A DNA stretch of 64,000 nt from Ignavibacteria bacterium (GTDB lineage Bacteria > Bacteroidota > Ignavibacteria > Tepidaquicellales > OLB5), in assembly GCA_030835085.1 (NCBI GenBank), contig JAUQWQ010000158.1:1125-65124 (forward strand), in the 5' to 3' direction. Position numbers and translations under genes: made by a program. Under the pieces are notes generated by a model that was not told the DNA's origin, searched no databases, and was given only the letters and a program-made list of their open reading frames with translations. This document shows positions 36,781-46,437 of this stretch, in pieces. Numbering within the stretch: the stretch's first letter is position 1; every line of letters begins with the position of its first letter.

Positions 36781-38244
36781 TTACCCCATCATCTTTTCCA
36801 TCACATACATCTTTATCTTATCCTTATGAATTCTCTCCTGCTGCATGCTGTCACGCTCACGTATAGTTACAGTATTATCTTTTAATGTATCATAATCCAC
36901 GGTTACGCAAAACGGTGTGCCGCATTCATCCTGCCTGCGGTAACGCCTGCCAACTGCACCGGAATCATCGTAAAACACCTTAAAAGTATTCTGCAGATCT
37001 GCCGTAATGTTCTGCGAAATCTCCTGCAAACCATCTTTATTAACCAGCGGGAAAACCGCGCACTTTATAGGCGCAAGTTTCGGGTGGAAATGTAGCACAG
37101 TTCGTACTTCTGATTTACCTTCTGAAGTTGGGGCTTCATCTTCATCAAATGCATTGCAGAGGAATGCCATAAATCCGCGCGTTGCGCCGGCTGATGTTTC
37201 GATGACGTATGGTATAAAACGCTCTTTGTTCTGCTCATCATAATAATCCAGCTTCTTACCGCTGAATTTTGTGTGCTGGCTCAGGTCAAAATCACTGCGG
37301 TTATGTATTCCTTCAATTTCACCAAAGCCAAAGGGGAATTTAAACTCAATATCAACTGCGGCTTTAGCATAGTGAGCTAATTTATCCGCCGGATGCGGAG
37401 CAAAATTCAGGTTCTCGCGCTTTATGCCGAGATCAACCCACCACTGAATGCGTCGTTCTTTCCACTCGTTATACAGCTCATCATCACTGCCCGGTTTAAC
37501 AAAATACTGCATCTCCATTTGCTCAAATTCACGCACACGGAAAAGGAAGTTCTTAGTGTTAATTTCATTCCTGAAAGCCTTACCGATCTGCGCGATTCCA
37601 AACGGCAGTTTCTGACGGGTTGATTCCTTTACATTTCCGTAATTTACAAAAATTCCCTGCGCAGTTTCGGGTCTGAGATATGCAATTGAATCTTCGCTTT
37701 CAATTGCGCCAATATAAGTTTTGAACATCAGGTTAAATTTGCGGGCATTTGTAAACGTTCCTGTATTTCCGCAGGTGGGACATGTTATATCCGCGGTAAA
37801 ATGATCAATATTATCACTGAAGTAATTATTTATGGTAATTTCATTTACTTCTGCAACTTCTGAATTCAAGGTAGCTTTTATTTTATCTTCAATGTGCTTT
37901 TTGCTTTTCTTGGGCAGCGATTCAAACAAAAGATCCACCCTGTAACGCGCTTTGCACTGCTTGCAGTCAACCATCGGGTCAGTAAAGTTTTCAACATGCC
38001 CTGATGCTTCCCAAACTTTCGGGTGCATGAGTATTGATGCGTCGAGTCCTTCTACATCATCGCGGTAAGTCATAGCCTGCCACCATGCCTGTTTAATGTT
38101 GTTCAGCAGTTCCACTCCAAGCGGACCAAAATCCCAGCAGCCGTTCAGACCCCCGTAAATTTCAGATGACTGGAATACAAATCCACGCCTTTTGGCAAGG
38201 GATACTATTTTATCCATAGGATTATTCTTTGAATCGTTTTTCAT
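36781..38244 (-). CDS. glyQS: glycine--tRNA ligase (homodimeric class II, GlyQS type)
   Basis: KIVSLAKRRGFVFQSSEIYGG N-terminus and class II motifs (LRPETAQGIFVNY, FRNE, ETSAGATRG). ATG 38244 is preferred to the track's upstream start at 38310. Terminator downstream. Confidence 0.92.
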   Translation of the reverse strand: MKNDSKNNPMDKIVSLAKRRGFVFQSSEIYGGLNGCWDFGPLGVELLNNIKQAWWQAMTYRDDVEGLDASILMHPKVWEASGHVENFTDPMVDCKQCKARYRVDLLFESLPKKSKKHIEDKIKATLNSEVAEVNEITINNYFSDNIDHFTADITCPTCGNTGTFTNARKFNLMFKTYIGAIESEDSIAYLRPETAQGIFVNYGNVKESTRQKLPFGIAQIGKAFRNEINTKNFLFRVREFEQMEMQYFVKPGSDDELYNEWKERRIQWWVDLGIKRENLNFAPHPADKLAHYAKAAVDIEFKFPFGFGEIEGIHNRSDFDLSQHTKFSGKKLDYYDEQNKERFIPYVIETSAGATRGFMAFLCNAFDEDEAPTSEGKSEVRTVLHFHPKLAPIKCAVFPLVNKDGLQEISQNITADLQNTFKVFYDDSGAVGRRYRRQDECGTPFCVTVDYDTLKDNTVTIRERDSMQQERIHKDKIKMYVMEKMMG

Positions 38245-38752
38245 TAGATATAAATATTTGATTTTTACGTGAAAGGCAAAGATAACGGTTTGGAGATTTT
38301 GAAAAAACACATATAAATAGTAGCAGTGAAAATCAAAAATACGATTTTATGGTGAGTTTTTAATATGCAACTCATAACCAGAACGGGTTCATTTGTAGCG
38401 GAGCTCTTTATTGATACGAATCACTCACCACAAAAAGTCCGAATCTAACTGAGCTGTTATAATCAAACCCCCTTCTATGATTTAACTAAGAATTTACATT
38501 CGCAATCGATCATCATTTTATGAAAATTGAAGCGCCCGTCCCCCCTTCAACTGAAGGGGGATGAGTTCTACAATTACCCAACTACTGATAATTGATCTAT
38601 TTTTACAATTTACGAAAATCCACCACGGGGGTTTTGATGTAAACGTTTGCAGCTTAACACCTGCCATAGGAGTGACAATGGTGAAGGCGAAACAAATTAA
38701 TTTTGAGATTGCCGCGTCGGTTTTGTTTTCTCAAAACCTCATCGCAAAAAAA

Positions 38753-39103
38753 TTACTCAGCTATAATATCACTCTTATCCTTGGGATTATAATACACAAC
38801 AACATTATCACCTTTCCTTGGAACATTAACACGCGAAACCACCATTTCAACCTGCGCGTCGAATGATGGTTCTCCCGGGGGCATTACTTCAAGATACAGC
38901 CTTACCATAGGGTTTTTGTTAACTGTTATATTCATATCCTCTACCTTAAGTATCTCAGCTTCACATTTAACGCCTTCTTTTTTAAGGCGTTTTATTTTCT
39001 CTTCATCGTGACCCGTTAATTTATTGACTTCTTTTTCAACGATATTACATGCCGAAGCTGCAAAAAGCAATATTAAAATACTTATGATATATTTTGTGTT
39101 CAT
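38753..39103 (-). CDS. small lipoprotein, unknown function
   Basis: MNTKYIISILILLFAASAC lipobox (ATG 39103 rather than the track's 39136) followed by a beta-rich domain of about 95 aa. Confidence 0.6.
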   Translation of the reverse strand: MNTKYIISILILLFAASACNIVEKEVNKLTGHDEEKIKRLKKEGVKCEAEILKVEDMNITVNKNPMVRLYLEVMPPGEPSFDAQVEMVVSRVNVPRKGDNVVVYYNPKDKSDIIAE

Positions 39104-39382
39104 ATTATTGTGTGAATTTTCACTAAAATAAATCAAATTGAATTAATAATCTATATTATATGATAAAGCACAAACAGGAATGTCTATGCTACCGGTTTCG
39201 GGAAAAGAGCCCTGAAAGGGCGAAAATATATCAGCGATGGGCAAAGCCCGTCGGAGTAATATCATGACGTAGGCAAGCCCTGTATGGGCGAAACAATTGC
39301 ATGAAGAAAAATAAGATTGTTTCCTTGCTTGCACTTCGTAGGTTTAATGAGTGGCGACACTATGTTCATCGCAGATGCTTTT

Positions 39383-39408
39383 TTTGCGCCTTTGCGGCTT
39401 TGCGTGAA
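39383..39408 (+). repeat. three tandem octamers TTTGCGCC-TTTGCGGC-TTTGCGTG
   Basis: Read directly. Lies 64 nt upstream of the 39472 start. The first 12 nt are identical to 63785-63796. Confidence 0.5.
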
Positions 39409-39471
39409 TTGTTCATAATCATAAATTGGTATGTCAATTTTCCATTGTAACTATACACTATATTAGATATT

Positions 39472-40311
39472 TTGCGCAATTATTCAATTAAAATTAATAA
39501 TTTGCACTACGACCCGATTAAAGATAAAATTGGCGGAATTGTTAAAAGATCGCCCTTTTTAAGGAAAATTTTCTATAAAATTCTTGGTTTAATGTTCCTA
39601 AGGGAATGGTACGTAAAGCGGAAAATTAAAGAGCTCTACGGCAAAACACCCCCGGATGATATTCTTGATGCCGGATGCGGATTCGGACAGTATTCATATT
39701 TTATGGCGAAGAAATTCCCTAATATGAAAATGCTTGCCGTCGATGTTAAAGTAGATTACCTTGAAGACTGCAAATATTTCTTCGATAAATGCGGCATCAA
39801 AAATACAGAATTTGAATACGCAGATCTTACACAAATTGAATTCAAGAACAGGTTTGATTTTGTACTTTCAGTTGACGTAATGGAACACATCGAAGATGAT
39901 ATCGGTGTATTCAAAAGATTCTACGCTGCATTAAAACCCGGCGGCAGGGTCATGATAAACACTCCCAGCAATATTGGCGGCAGCGATGCGGAGCATGAAG
40001 ATGATGACAGCTTTATTGGCGAGCATGTAAGGCTGGGTTACTCAAAAGAAGATATATGCACAAAGCTTGAAGGTGCGGGATTTAAAATTGAAAGTTTTGA
40101 TTATACATACGGCAAATGGGGTAATCTTTACTGGAAGCTTGGAATAAAATATCCGATGCTGATGCTCAATAAATCTCAGCTGTTTTTTATTATACTCCCT
40201 TTCTATTATTCATTAACAATATGGTTGACCCTGTTATTCATGTGGCTAGATGTGAACGATAAAAACAAACCCGAAGGTACCGGTGTCCTGGTAGTTGGCA
40301 AAAAGTTATAG
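39472..40311 (+). CDS. class I SAM-dependent methyltransferase with C-terminal membrane anchor
   Basis: ILDAGCGFGQY motif I, LKPGGRVMINTP, and two C-terminal hydrophobic helices. TTG start (alternative Met 41). Confidence 0.78.
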   Translation: MRNYSIKINNLHYDPIKDKIGGIVKRSPFLRKIFYKILGLMFLREWYVKRKIKELYGKTPPDDILDAGCGFGQYSYFMAKKFPNMKMLAVDVKVDYLEDCKYFFDKCGIKNTEFEYADLTQIEFKNRFDFVLSVDVMEHIEDDIGVFKRFYAALKPGGRVMINTPSNIGGSDAEHEDDDSFIGEHVRLGYSKEDICTKLEGAGFKIESFDYTYGKWGNLYWKLGIKYPMLMLNKSQLFFIILPFYYSLTIWLTLLFMWLDVNDKNKPEGTGVLVVGKKL

Positions 40312-40352
40312 AAACCGGTGAATAACTGAAATTCAACAAATTGCTTCTCCAA

Positions 40353-40436
40353 TGTCAAATGTCAAAATCCGAATGCCAAAGAAATTGATATTACTACTTA
40401 ACCGCTTTGACATTTGAGCTTTGGAATTTGGCATTT
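40353..40436. repeat. two opposed arrays of four phased heptamers (NNNCAAA x4 ... TTTGNNN x4)
   Basis: 40353-40380 is TGTCAAA TGTCAAA ATCCGAA TGCCAAA. 40406-40433 is TTTGACA TTTGAGC TTTGGAA TTTGGCA. About 25-nt spacer. The right array ends 60 nt upstream of the 40496 start. Confidence 0.5.
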
Positions 40437-40495
40437 AAACAGCAAACAACAATTGAAGCAAATCTTCCTCATTCCGGAAGTAATTAATTAATCAT

Positions 40496-41857
40496 TTGAA
40501 GAAGGTTTTAATCATATCATATTACTTTCCGCCATCAGGGGGTCCCGGGGTGCAGCGTGTACTCAAATTTGTTAAGTACCTTCCTGAATTCGGCTGGAAG
40601 CCCATTGTACTCACCGTAAAAGACGGCGACTTCCCGGCAAGGGATGAATCGCTGCTTAAAGAGGTACCTGATGATGTTGATGTACACCGTACTGATATAT
40701 TTGAACCATATGACCTTTACCGCAAGCTGACAGGTAAATCCAAATCCACCGCCGTTGACGTAAATAATATAGATGGCGGCAGCAAAACGCGAATGAGTGA
40801 CAAGATTGCAGAATTCATAAGGGCTACTTTCTTCATTCCTGATGCAAGAATAGGCTGGAAAAAACATGCGGTAAAAGAAGGTAAAAAGATAATCGAAACG
40901 CAAAAACCCGACATAATATTCTCATCCTCACCCCCATATACTTGTGCATTAATTGCTATGGAGCTAAAAAAGTACGCGGAAAAAAAGTACGGAAAACCCA
41001 TTCCATGGGTATCTGATTTCCGCGACGCATGGACTGATTATTTGACCACACCTAACCGGTGGTTCTTACCCAAAAAAATTGACAGGAAATATGAGCGCAC
41101 AACTCTGGATAAAGCTGATGCAGTTACAATAGTTGCCTCCGGTATGAAAGATGACTTCGAAAGAAAGTACCCCGAAGTATCGGCCAAGACTGATTTTGTT
41201 TTGCTGCGAAATGGATTCGATTCCGATGACTACAAACACACAAAGCTAAACGAAGCGAAGAATGAAAAGTTCACAATTGTATATACAGGCTCAATGTACG
41301 GAAAAAGAAATCCGTATTACATGCTTGATACGATTGTTGAGCTTGTTAACGATGGCAAAGTAGATAAGAACAAGATCAAATTCATCTTCGTGGGCAGGCT
41401 GGGCAGCGATATAACAGAATACATAAATAATTCACCATTGAAAGATACTATTGAAATTATTTCATATGTTCCTCACTCTGTAAGTATTGATTACCTGATG
41501 AAAGCCGATGCAATGCTTCTGCTGATAGATGAAGATAAGTATTCCAAAATGATATTAAGCGGCAAGGTGTTCGAGTATCTTGGCGCAAGCGCTTTAACAG
41601 GCAAACCTGTATTTGCAATCACTGGCGAGGGTGAAGCCCGTGACCTGCTGGTTGAGACCGGTGCAGGTATTATTAATCCACACCACAAACCTGAAGTACT
41701 CAAAGAAAACTACCTTAAATTATATAATGGTTTTTTTGAAAATAATACTGCAATTTTACCAACTTCAGATAAAAAAACGATTGAAGCTTATGAAAGAAAA
41801 CTGCTGACCAAAAAGCTGGCAGAAGTTTTTGATAAACAATTAAAAATTACGAATTAA
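40496..41857 (+). CDS. glycosyltransferase (GT4-like, GT-B fold)
   Basis: (TTG)KKVLIISYYFPPSGGPGVQRVLKFVKYL and C-terminal GKVFEYLGASALTGKPVFA. An in-frame TAA two codons upstream forces the TTG start. Confidence 0.8.
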   Translation: MKKVLIISYYFPPSGGPGVQRVLKFVKYLPEFGWKPIVLTVKDGDFPARDESLLKEVPDDVDVHRTDIFEPYDLYRKLTGKSKSTAVDVNNIDGGSKTRMSDKIAEFIRATFFIPDARIGWKKHAVKEGKKIIETQKPDIIFSSSPPYTCALIAMELKKYAEKKYGKPIPWVSDFRDAWTDYLTTPNRWFLPKKIDRKYERTTLDKADAVTIVASGMKDDFERKYPEVSAKTDFVLLRNGFDSDDYKHTKLNEAKNEKFTIVYTGSMYGKRNPYYMLDTIVELVNDGKVDKNKIKFIFVGRLGSDITEYINNSPLKDTIEIISYVPHSVSIDYLMKADAMLLLIDEDKYSKMILSGKVFEYLGASALTGKPVFAITGEGEARDLLVETGAGIINPHHKPEVLKENYLKLYNGFFENNTAILPTSDKKTIEAYERKLLTKKLAEVFDKQLKITN

Positions 41858-41881
41858 GAATTACGAATTTTCTAATACATA

Positions 41882-44473
41882 ATGGCAAAACCACAATCAT
41901 CAACAGGTAAGACTCAGGCTAAAACATCACCGTTAAAAAAAGATGTTTCAAGAAGTTATACAGTAGATTTTATTCCGCAAAAGTGGCAGACACCGGTTTT
42001 CCTTGCGGTGATACTGATACTTATAATGATATTTTTCAACTCAGGGTTGTTTGGCGGTAAGGTATTCTCATCTGCGGATAACGTCGCCTCCGGCAGCTTT
42101 AAAACATTCCTTGATGATGCCAAAGCCAAAGGTGAATTTCCGTTGTGGGTACCGTATATATTCAACGGTATGCCAAGCTTCGCAGCCCTGGTTCCCCATT
42201 TGGAAAGAACATACGACCTTTCACACGCAGTATGGGTATATCTGAGGGATGCATTGTACCTGCTGTTTTCAGGCAATGATGTTTGGGCAATTGTTCTGTT
42301 TTATATTATATTCGCATTTTCATTTTATTTTCTCATTGAGTATAAGTTCAAAGATAAGCTTATTGCGCTTTATGCCGCAATTGCGGCGGTGTTTATAACA
42401 CCGATTATCCAGATGATAATCGTCGGACATAACAGTAAAATGATTGCTGTAATGATGTTCCCTGCCGTTTTTCTTATGCTTGAAAAATTATACGATTATA
42501 TCGCAGCAGGTAAAGTTAAAGAAAACATTTTTAAGATCCTTCTATACTTCGGGATCCTGGTATTTTTCATTCACGTACAGATGAGTTCTAACCACGTACA
42601 GATGCTGTTCTATTTCTTTTCCGGAATAGGCATATACCTGGTTTACAGGCTGGTGTATAATTTAGTGAAGAAAATTGATTTTAAACCTGCCCTGATATTA
42701 CTTGTGGTATTTGGTTTGGGAGTTGGCTTAAGCGCAATGATGTACGCTGATTCTTACCTATCAAGCAGGGAATATAACAAATACTCTATCCGTGGTGTAC
42801 CGCCAATTACACAGGCACCGGGCGAACAGAAAACTTCAGGCGCTGCTGATTATGACTACTCAACTAACTGGTCATTTTCACCCGTTGAAGTAATGACATT
42901 CTTCGTTCCGTACTGGGTTGGCTTTGGTGATGTTGAAGTTAAGGGTCAACGTTCAAATACATATTGGGGACAAATGCCGTTCACTACTTCACCAATGTAT
43001 TTTGGTATCATAACAATACTTCTGGCATTCATAGGCATTTATTATAATTTTAAAAAGAACGCGCTTGTTCAGGCAATGGTTGTGATTTCATTTATCGCGC
43101 TGCTGTTATCGTTCGGCAGAACGTGGCCCCTGCTATATGACATTTTATTTTACAATCTCCCCTACTTTTCAAGTTTCCGCGCACCGGTTATGATACATAT
43201 ACTTATCAATGTTGCTTTTGTGATTCTTGCTGCATTCGGGTTAAAATCAGTAATAGAGATCACCAAAGATAAGGCCAGGACTGCCGGATTTTTAGGTTCA
43301 GCAAAATTCGTTTTTCCTATACTTGCACTGCCTGTTGTCTTTTCGCTGATCGGTTTTCAGGATTACTATACGTCACAGGTATCATCAAGTCCGCTTGTGC
43401 AGAAACTGACTCAGCAGGGTGCTAATCAACAGCAGATACAGCAGTATGTTTCCCAGATCTCGCAAATTGCATATGATAATGTAAAATCAGAGCTGCTTAT
43501 TGTAGGCTTGCTATTACTCGTTTCATTTGGCCTGTGTTATATGTATGTTAAGGGCAATATTAAATACCAGCTTTTCCTGCTGGCGATCATTCTGATAACT
43601 ATTGTGGACCTTTGGCACATTGATTTTAAAACACTACACTGGGATAACAAAACTGATATTGAATCATACTTTAAAACCCCCGATTATGTTGACTGGATCT
43701 TAAAGAATGAAAAGAATACCTATGATTTCCGTGTTCTGAATTTGCAAAAAGGTCAGCCTGTAAGGGAGAACACTCTCGCCTACTGGCGTCTGCAGAATAA
43801 TTACGGATACCAGGGCGCAAAGCTGCGTATATACCAGGATATGGATGATGTTGTTGGATTGTCAAATCCCGCTGCATGGCGCCTGATGAGCACAAAGTAC
43901 ATCATTACAGATCAGCCATACAATGATTCTATGTTTACCACAGTATTCAAAGGCAGCAAATATGTTTTGCGCAATAACAATTTTTATCCAAAAGCATTTT
44001 TTGTTAAGAACACAAAAACTGCCACAGGACTTGAGATACTGAACACGATCAAAACGGGCACGGTGAATCCGCAGGAAACCGCATTTCTTGAAAAGGACCC
44101 GGGTGTAAAAATTGATGCGGCTGATTCCACAGCAACTGCACAAATTACTGCATACGATATTCACAGCATTACAATTGATGCTGAGGCATCGGGAAATAAC
44201 CTTTTATATTTAAGTGAAGTTTATTACCCTGACTGGAAAGTATATATTGACGGGCAGCCGGCAGAAATTCTGAAGACGAACTATCTGTTCCGCGGAGTAG
44301 TTGTTCCGAAAGGCAAACATAAAATTGAATTCAAATTCGAGCCTCAAACATATTACACCGGCAAAAATATTGCGATGGGAACAAACATTCTGCTTGTTGC
44401 AATATTTGGTGTAGCAGTAGGCGGCATGTATTTCCGCCGCAAAAGGGCTCAGGAAATGCCGGAAAAGAGCTGA
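41882..44473 (+). CDS. YfhO-family polytopic membrane protein (putative extracytoplasmic glycosyltransferase)
   Basis: 863 aa. More than 10 TM helices, a large C-terminal periplasmic domain ending EVYYPDWKVYIDGQPAEILKTNYLFRGVVVPKGKHKIEFKFEP, and a final TM helix. Confidence 0.78.
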   Translation: MAKPQSSTGKTQAKTSPLKKDVSRSYTVDFIPQKWQTPVFLAVILILIMIFFNSGLFGGKVFSSADNVASGSFKTFLDDAKAKGEFPLWVPYIFNGMPSFAALVPHLERTYDLSHAVWVYLRDALYLLFSGNDVWAIVLFYIIFAFSFYFLIEYKFKDKLIALYAAIAAVFITPIIQMIIVGHNSKMIAVMMFPAVFLMLEKLYDYIAAGKVKENIFKILLYFGILVFFIHVQMSSNHVQMLFYFFSGIGIYLVYRLVYNLVKKIDFKPALILLVVFGLGVGLSAMMYADSYLSSREYNKYSIRGVPPITQAPGEQKTSGAADYDYSTNWSFSPVEVMTFFVPYWVGFGDVEVKGQRSNTYWGQMPFTTSPMYFGIITILLAFIGIYYNFKKNALVQAMVVISFIALLLSFGRTWPLLYDILFYNLPYFSSFRAPVMIHILINVAFVILAAFGLKSVIEITKDKARTAGFLGSAKFVFPILALPVVFSLIGFQDYYTSQVSSSPLVQKLTQQGANQQQIQQYVSQISQIAYDNVKSELLIVGLLLLVSFGLCYMYVKGNIKYQLFLLAIILITIVDLWHIDFKTLHWDNKTDIESYFKTPDYVDWILKNEKNTYDFRVLNLQKGQPVRENTLAYWRLQNNYGYQGAKLRIYQDMDDVVGLSNPAAWRLMSTKYIITDQPYNDSMFTTVFKGSKYVLRNNNFYPKAFFVKNTKTATGLEILNTIKTGTVNPQETAFLEKDPGVKIDAADSTATAQITAYDIHSITIDAEASGNNLLYLSEVYYPDWKVYIDGQPAEILKTNYLFRGVVVPKGKHKIEFKFEPQTYYTGKNIAMGTNILLVAIFGVAVGGMYFRRKRAQEMPEKS

Positions 44474-44487
44474 ATTTGTTAATTCCC

Positions 44488-44531
44488 GCATTATATGTAG
44501 TTCTGCCGAACTACATATAATGCTTTGGTTT
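44488..44531 (+). terminator. terminator-like 15-bp perfect hairpin after YfhO gene
   Basis: GCATTATATGTAGTT-CTGCCG-AACTACATATAATGC followed by TTTGGTTT. Confidence 0.65.
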
Positions 44532-44626
44532 ATTGATTTTACGAAAGTAATGTATTATTTTAGTATATTACATTTCAAGCTATTGATTTAATAAGCATTT
44601 TTTCTTTCAATTTATCTTACATCACA

Positions 44627-46351
44627 ATGAAAAAGATCATAATACTTTTTATTGTCCTTTCTTTCAGCTTAACAATCAACTCTCAGGTATTCCAAAAAAT
44701 TACAGGGCAGCCCCTAGTAAGTGAAAACGGTTATGGTTCAGGCTGCGCGTGGGGTGATTACAACAATGACGGCAAGTTAGATCTTGTTGTTACTTCATAT
44801 AATGATTTTGGCTCAACAACTTATCCCCTGCTATACAAGAACATGGGTAACGGTAATTTCCAGTTGGCAACAGATAATACTATAATGACTAACAGTCTGT
44901 ACCAGACTTTAGCATGCGCATGGGGAGATTACAATTACGATGGCAGAATGGATCTTTATATTGCAACCGGGCAGAATCAACCGGACCTGCTTTATAAAAA
45001 TAATGGAGGCGGTAATTTTACAAGAATAACAAACTGCGTACCGCTGGTTAGCGGTCACAGCGGCGGTGTTTGCTGGGCTGATTATAACAAAGACGGATAT
45101 CTTGATATCCTAAGTGTTCAGCATGGTTATAACCTGTTGTATAAGGGTTTGCCAAACGGCGATTTCGCACAGGTTACAACAGGACCGATTGTAACCGATT
45201 ATGGTATTCACCGCAGAGCAGCATGGGGTGATTACAACAATGATAAATACCCCGATCTGTTTGTAGCAAATGGAGATTTCCAGAACGACGATCTGTATCT
45301 TAACAATAAGAATGGTACTTTCACAAAGATTACAAGCGGTGATGTTGTAAACTCCGGCGGATATGGATCAGGTTGTTCATGGGGCGACTATAATAACGAT
45401 GGCTGGCTTGACCTTTTTGTAACTAACAGCGGACCAAACTTCCTGTTTAAAAACAACCGGAATGGAACATTTACAAAAATAACTACCGGTGCAATAGCCA
45501 CTGACGCTGATAACAGCTTTGGTTGCAACTGGGGTGATTATGATAACGATGGCGACCTTGATATGTTTGTTGCCAACAATGAAAACCAGCTTAACAGGCT
45601 TTACAGAAATGATGGCGGTGATAACTTCACCAAGATCACTAACGAAGTTGTTGCAAACGAAATCAGCTCCAGCGTTGGCTCAGCATGGGGTGATTACAAC
45701 AATGACGGTAAACTTGATCTGTTTGTAGTTAACCAGGGTTACAATGCTCCACCTCAAAGCGATTTCCTGTATAAAAACGTTGGTGCTTCTCCATGGTACT
45801 TAATGATAAAGTTCTGGGGCGGCGGTATAGGCACAAGAGTTAAATTAAGAATAGGCAGCTACATTGCAATCAGGGAAGTATCAGGCGGCAACAGCTGCAG
45901 TTCACAGGATATGCCCTGGGTTCATTTCGGGTTGGGTTTCCTCTCTGATAACCCAGTGACTGTTGCAGATTCAGTAATTGTTGACTGGCACGACGGAACA
46001 ACAGAAATAATGACAAATGTTCCTCTTAACCAGGAACTCGATTTCTATGGTGTAGTACCTGTTCAGCAGATAAGCAGTGAAGTTCCTTCAAAATATTCAC
46101 TTGAACAGAACTATCCAAATCCGTTCAACCCAACAACTAATATAAACTATTCAGTTGTAAGTGCAGGTGAAGTCAAACTTACAGTTTTTGACGTTTCGGG
46201 CAAAGAAGTTGATGTTTTAGTGAACGGAGTACAAACCCCCGGAGTGTACACAGTTAAATACAATGCTTCAAAGCTTCCAAGTGGTGTATACTTCTACAGG
46301 ATCCAGACAGAAGGTTTTACTGATACCAAGAAAATGATATTGGTTAAGTAA
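44627..46351 (+). CDS. CRTAC1-family FG-GAP/VCBS beta-propeller protein with UnbV/ASPIC region and T9SS type-A CTD
   Basis: Seven W(G/A)DYNNDGxLDL blades, GTRVKLRIG...SGGNSCSSQDMPWVHFGLG, and CTD EQNYPNPFNPTT...KKMILVK-stop. Confidence 0.88.
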   Translation: MKKIIILFIVLSFSLTINSQVFQKITGQPLVSENGYGSGCAWGDYNNDGKLDLVVTSYNDFGSTTYPLLYKNMGNGNFQLATDNTIMTNSLYQTLACAWGDYNYDGRMDLYIATGQNQPDLLYKNNGGGNFTRITNCVPLVSGHSGGVCWADYNKDGYLDILSVQHGYNLLYKGLPNGDFAQVTTGPIVTDYGIHRRAAWGDYNNDKYPDLFVANGDFQNDDLYLNNKNGTFTKITSGDVVNSGGYGSGCSWGDYNNDGWLDLFVTNSGPNFLFKNNRNGTFTKITTGAIATDADNSFGCNWGDYDNDGDLDMFVANNENQLNRLYRNDGGDNFTKITNEVVANEISSSVGSAWGDYNNDGKLDLFVVNQGYNAPPQSDFLYKNVGASPWYLMIKFWGGGIGTRVKLRIGSYIAIREVSGGNSCSSQDMPWVHFGLGFLSDNPVTVADSVIVDWHDGTTEIMTNVPLNQELDFYGVVPVQQISSEVPSKYSLEQNYPNPFNPTTNINYSVVSAGEVKLTVFDVSGKEVDVLVNGVQTPGVYTVKYNASKLPSGVYFYRIQTEGFTDTKKMILVK

Positions 46352-46373
46352 ATTTCTTGAACAATGATTTTTA

Positions 46374-46400
46374 AAGGCAGGTTTAAAATCCTGCCTTTTT
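46374..46400 (+). terminator. rho-independent terminator after CRTAC1-like gene
   Basis: AAGGCAGG-TTTAAAAT-CCTGCCTT-TTT. Confidence 0.75.
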
Positions 46401-46437
46401 CATTTTAATAAAGCAATTAAGTTAATATTTTTGCAGA

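Noticed and set aside
36602-36829. 75-aa plus-strand ORF and the overlapping 82-aa minus-strand ORF (36215-36463).
   Set aside because: The first spans the glyQS terminator and overlaps the glyQS 3' end. The second overlaps the slightly better 67-aa candidate. None has motifs or an RBS.
38245-38752. Possible T-box or glycine riboswitch in the glyQS leader.
   Set aside because: No GGGTGGTACCGCG-like T-box sequence and no tandem GGAGAG...CACCGAAGGGGCAA glycine-aptamer cores on the minus strand. Only a generic GC hairpin is present.
39143-39334. 63-aa minus-strand ORF in the 39.1-39.5 kb gap.
   Set aside because: It is read straight through the three GCCC/GGGC mini-hairpins. The sequence looks like translated repeat or structured RNA rather than protein.
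40353-40436. The opposed heptamer arrays considered as a simple stem-loop, terminator or tiny CRISPR-like array.
   Set aside because: The complementary words are arranged A-B...A'-B' and not A-B...B'-A', so they cannot form one nested hairpin. The units are only 7 nt with no spacers. The arrays are reported only as a phased-motif curiosity.
44700-45750. Periodic DNA repeats inside the CRTAC1-like gene.
   Set aside because: They are explained by seven FG-GAP/VCBS propeller blades (WGDYNNDGxLDL). This is a protein-level repeat, not a CRISPR array or satellite.
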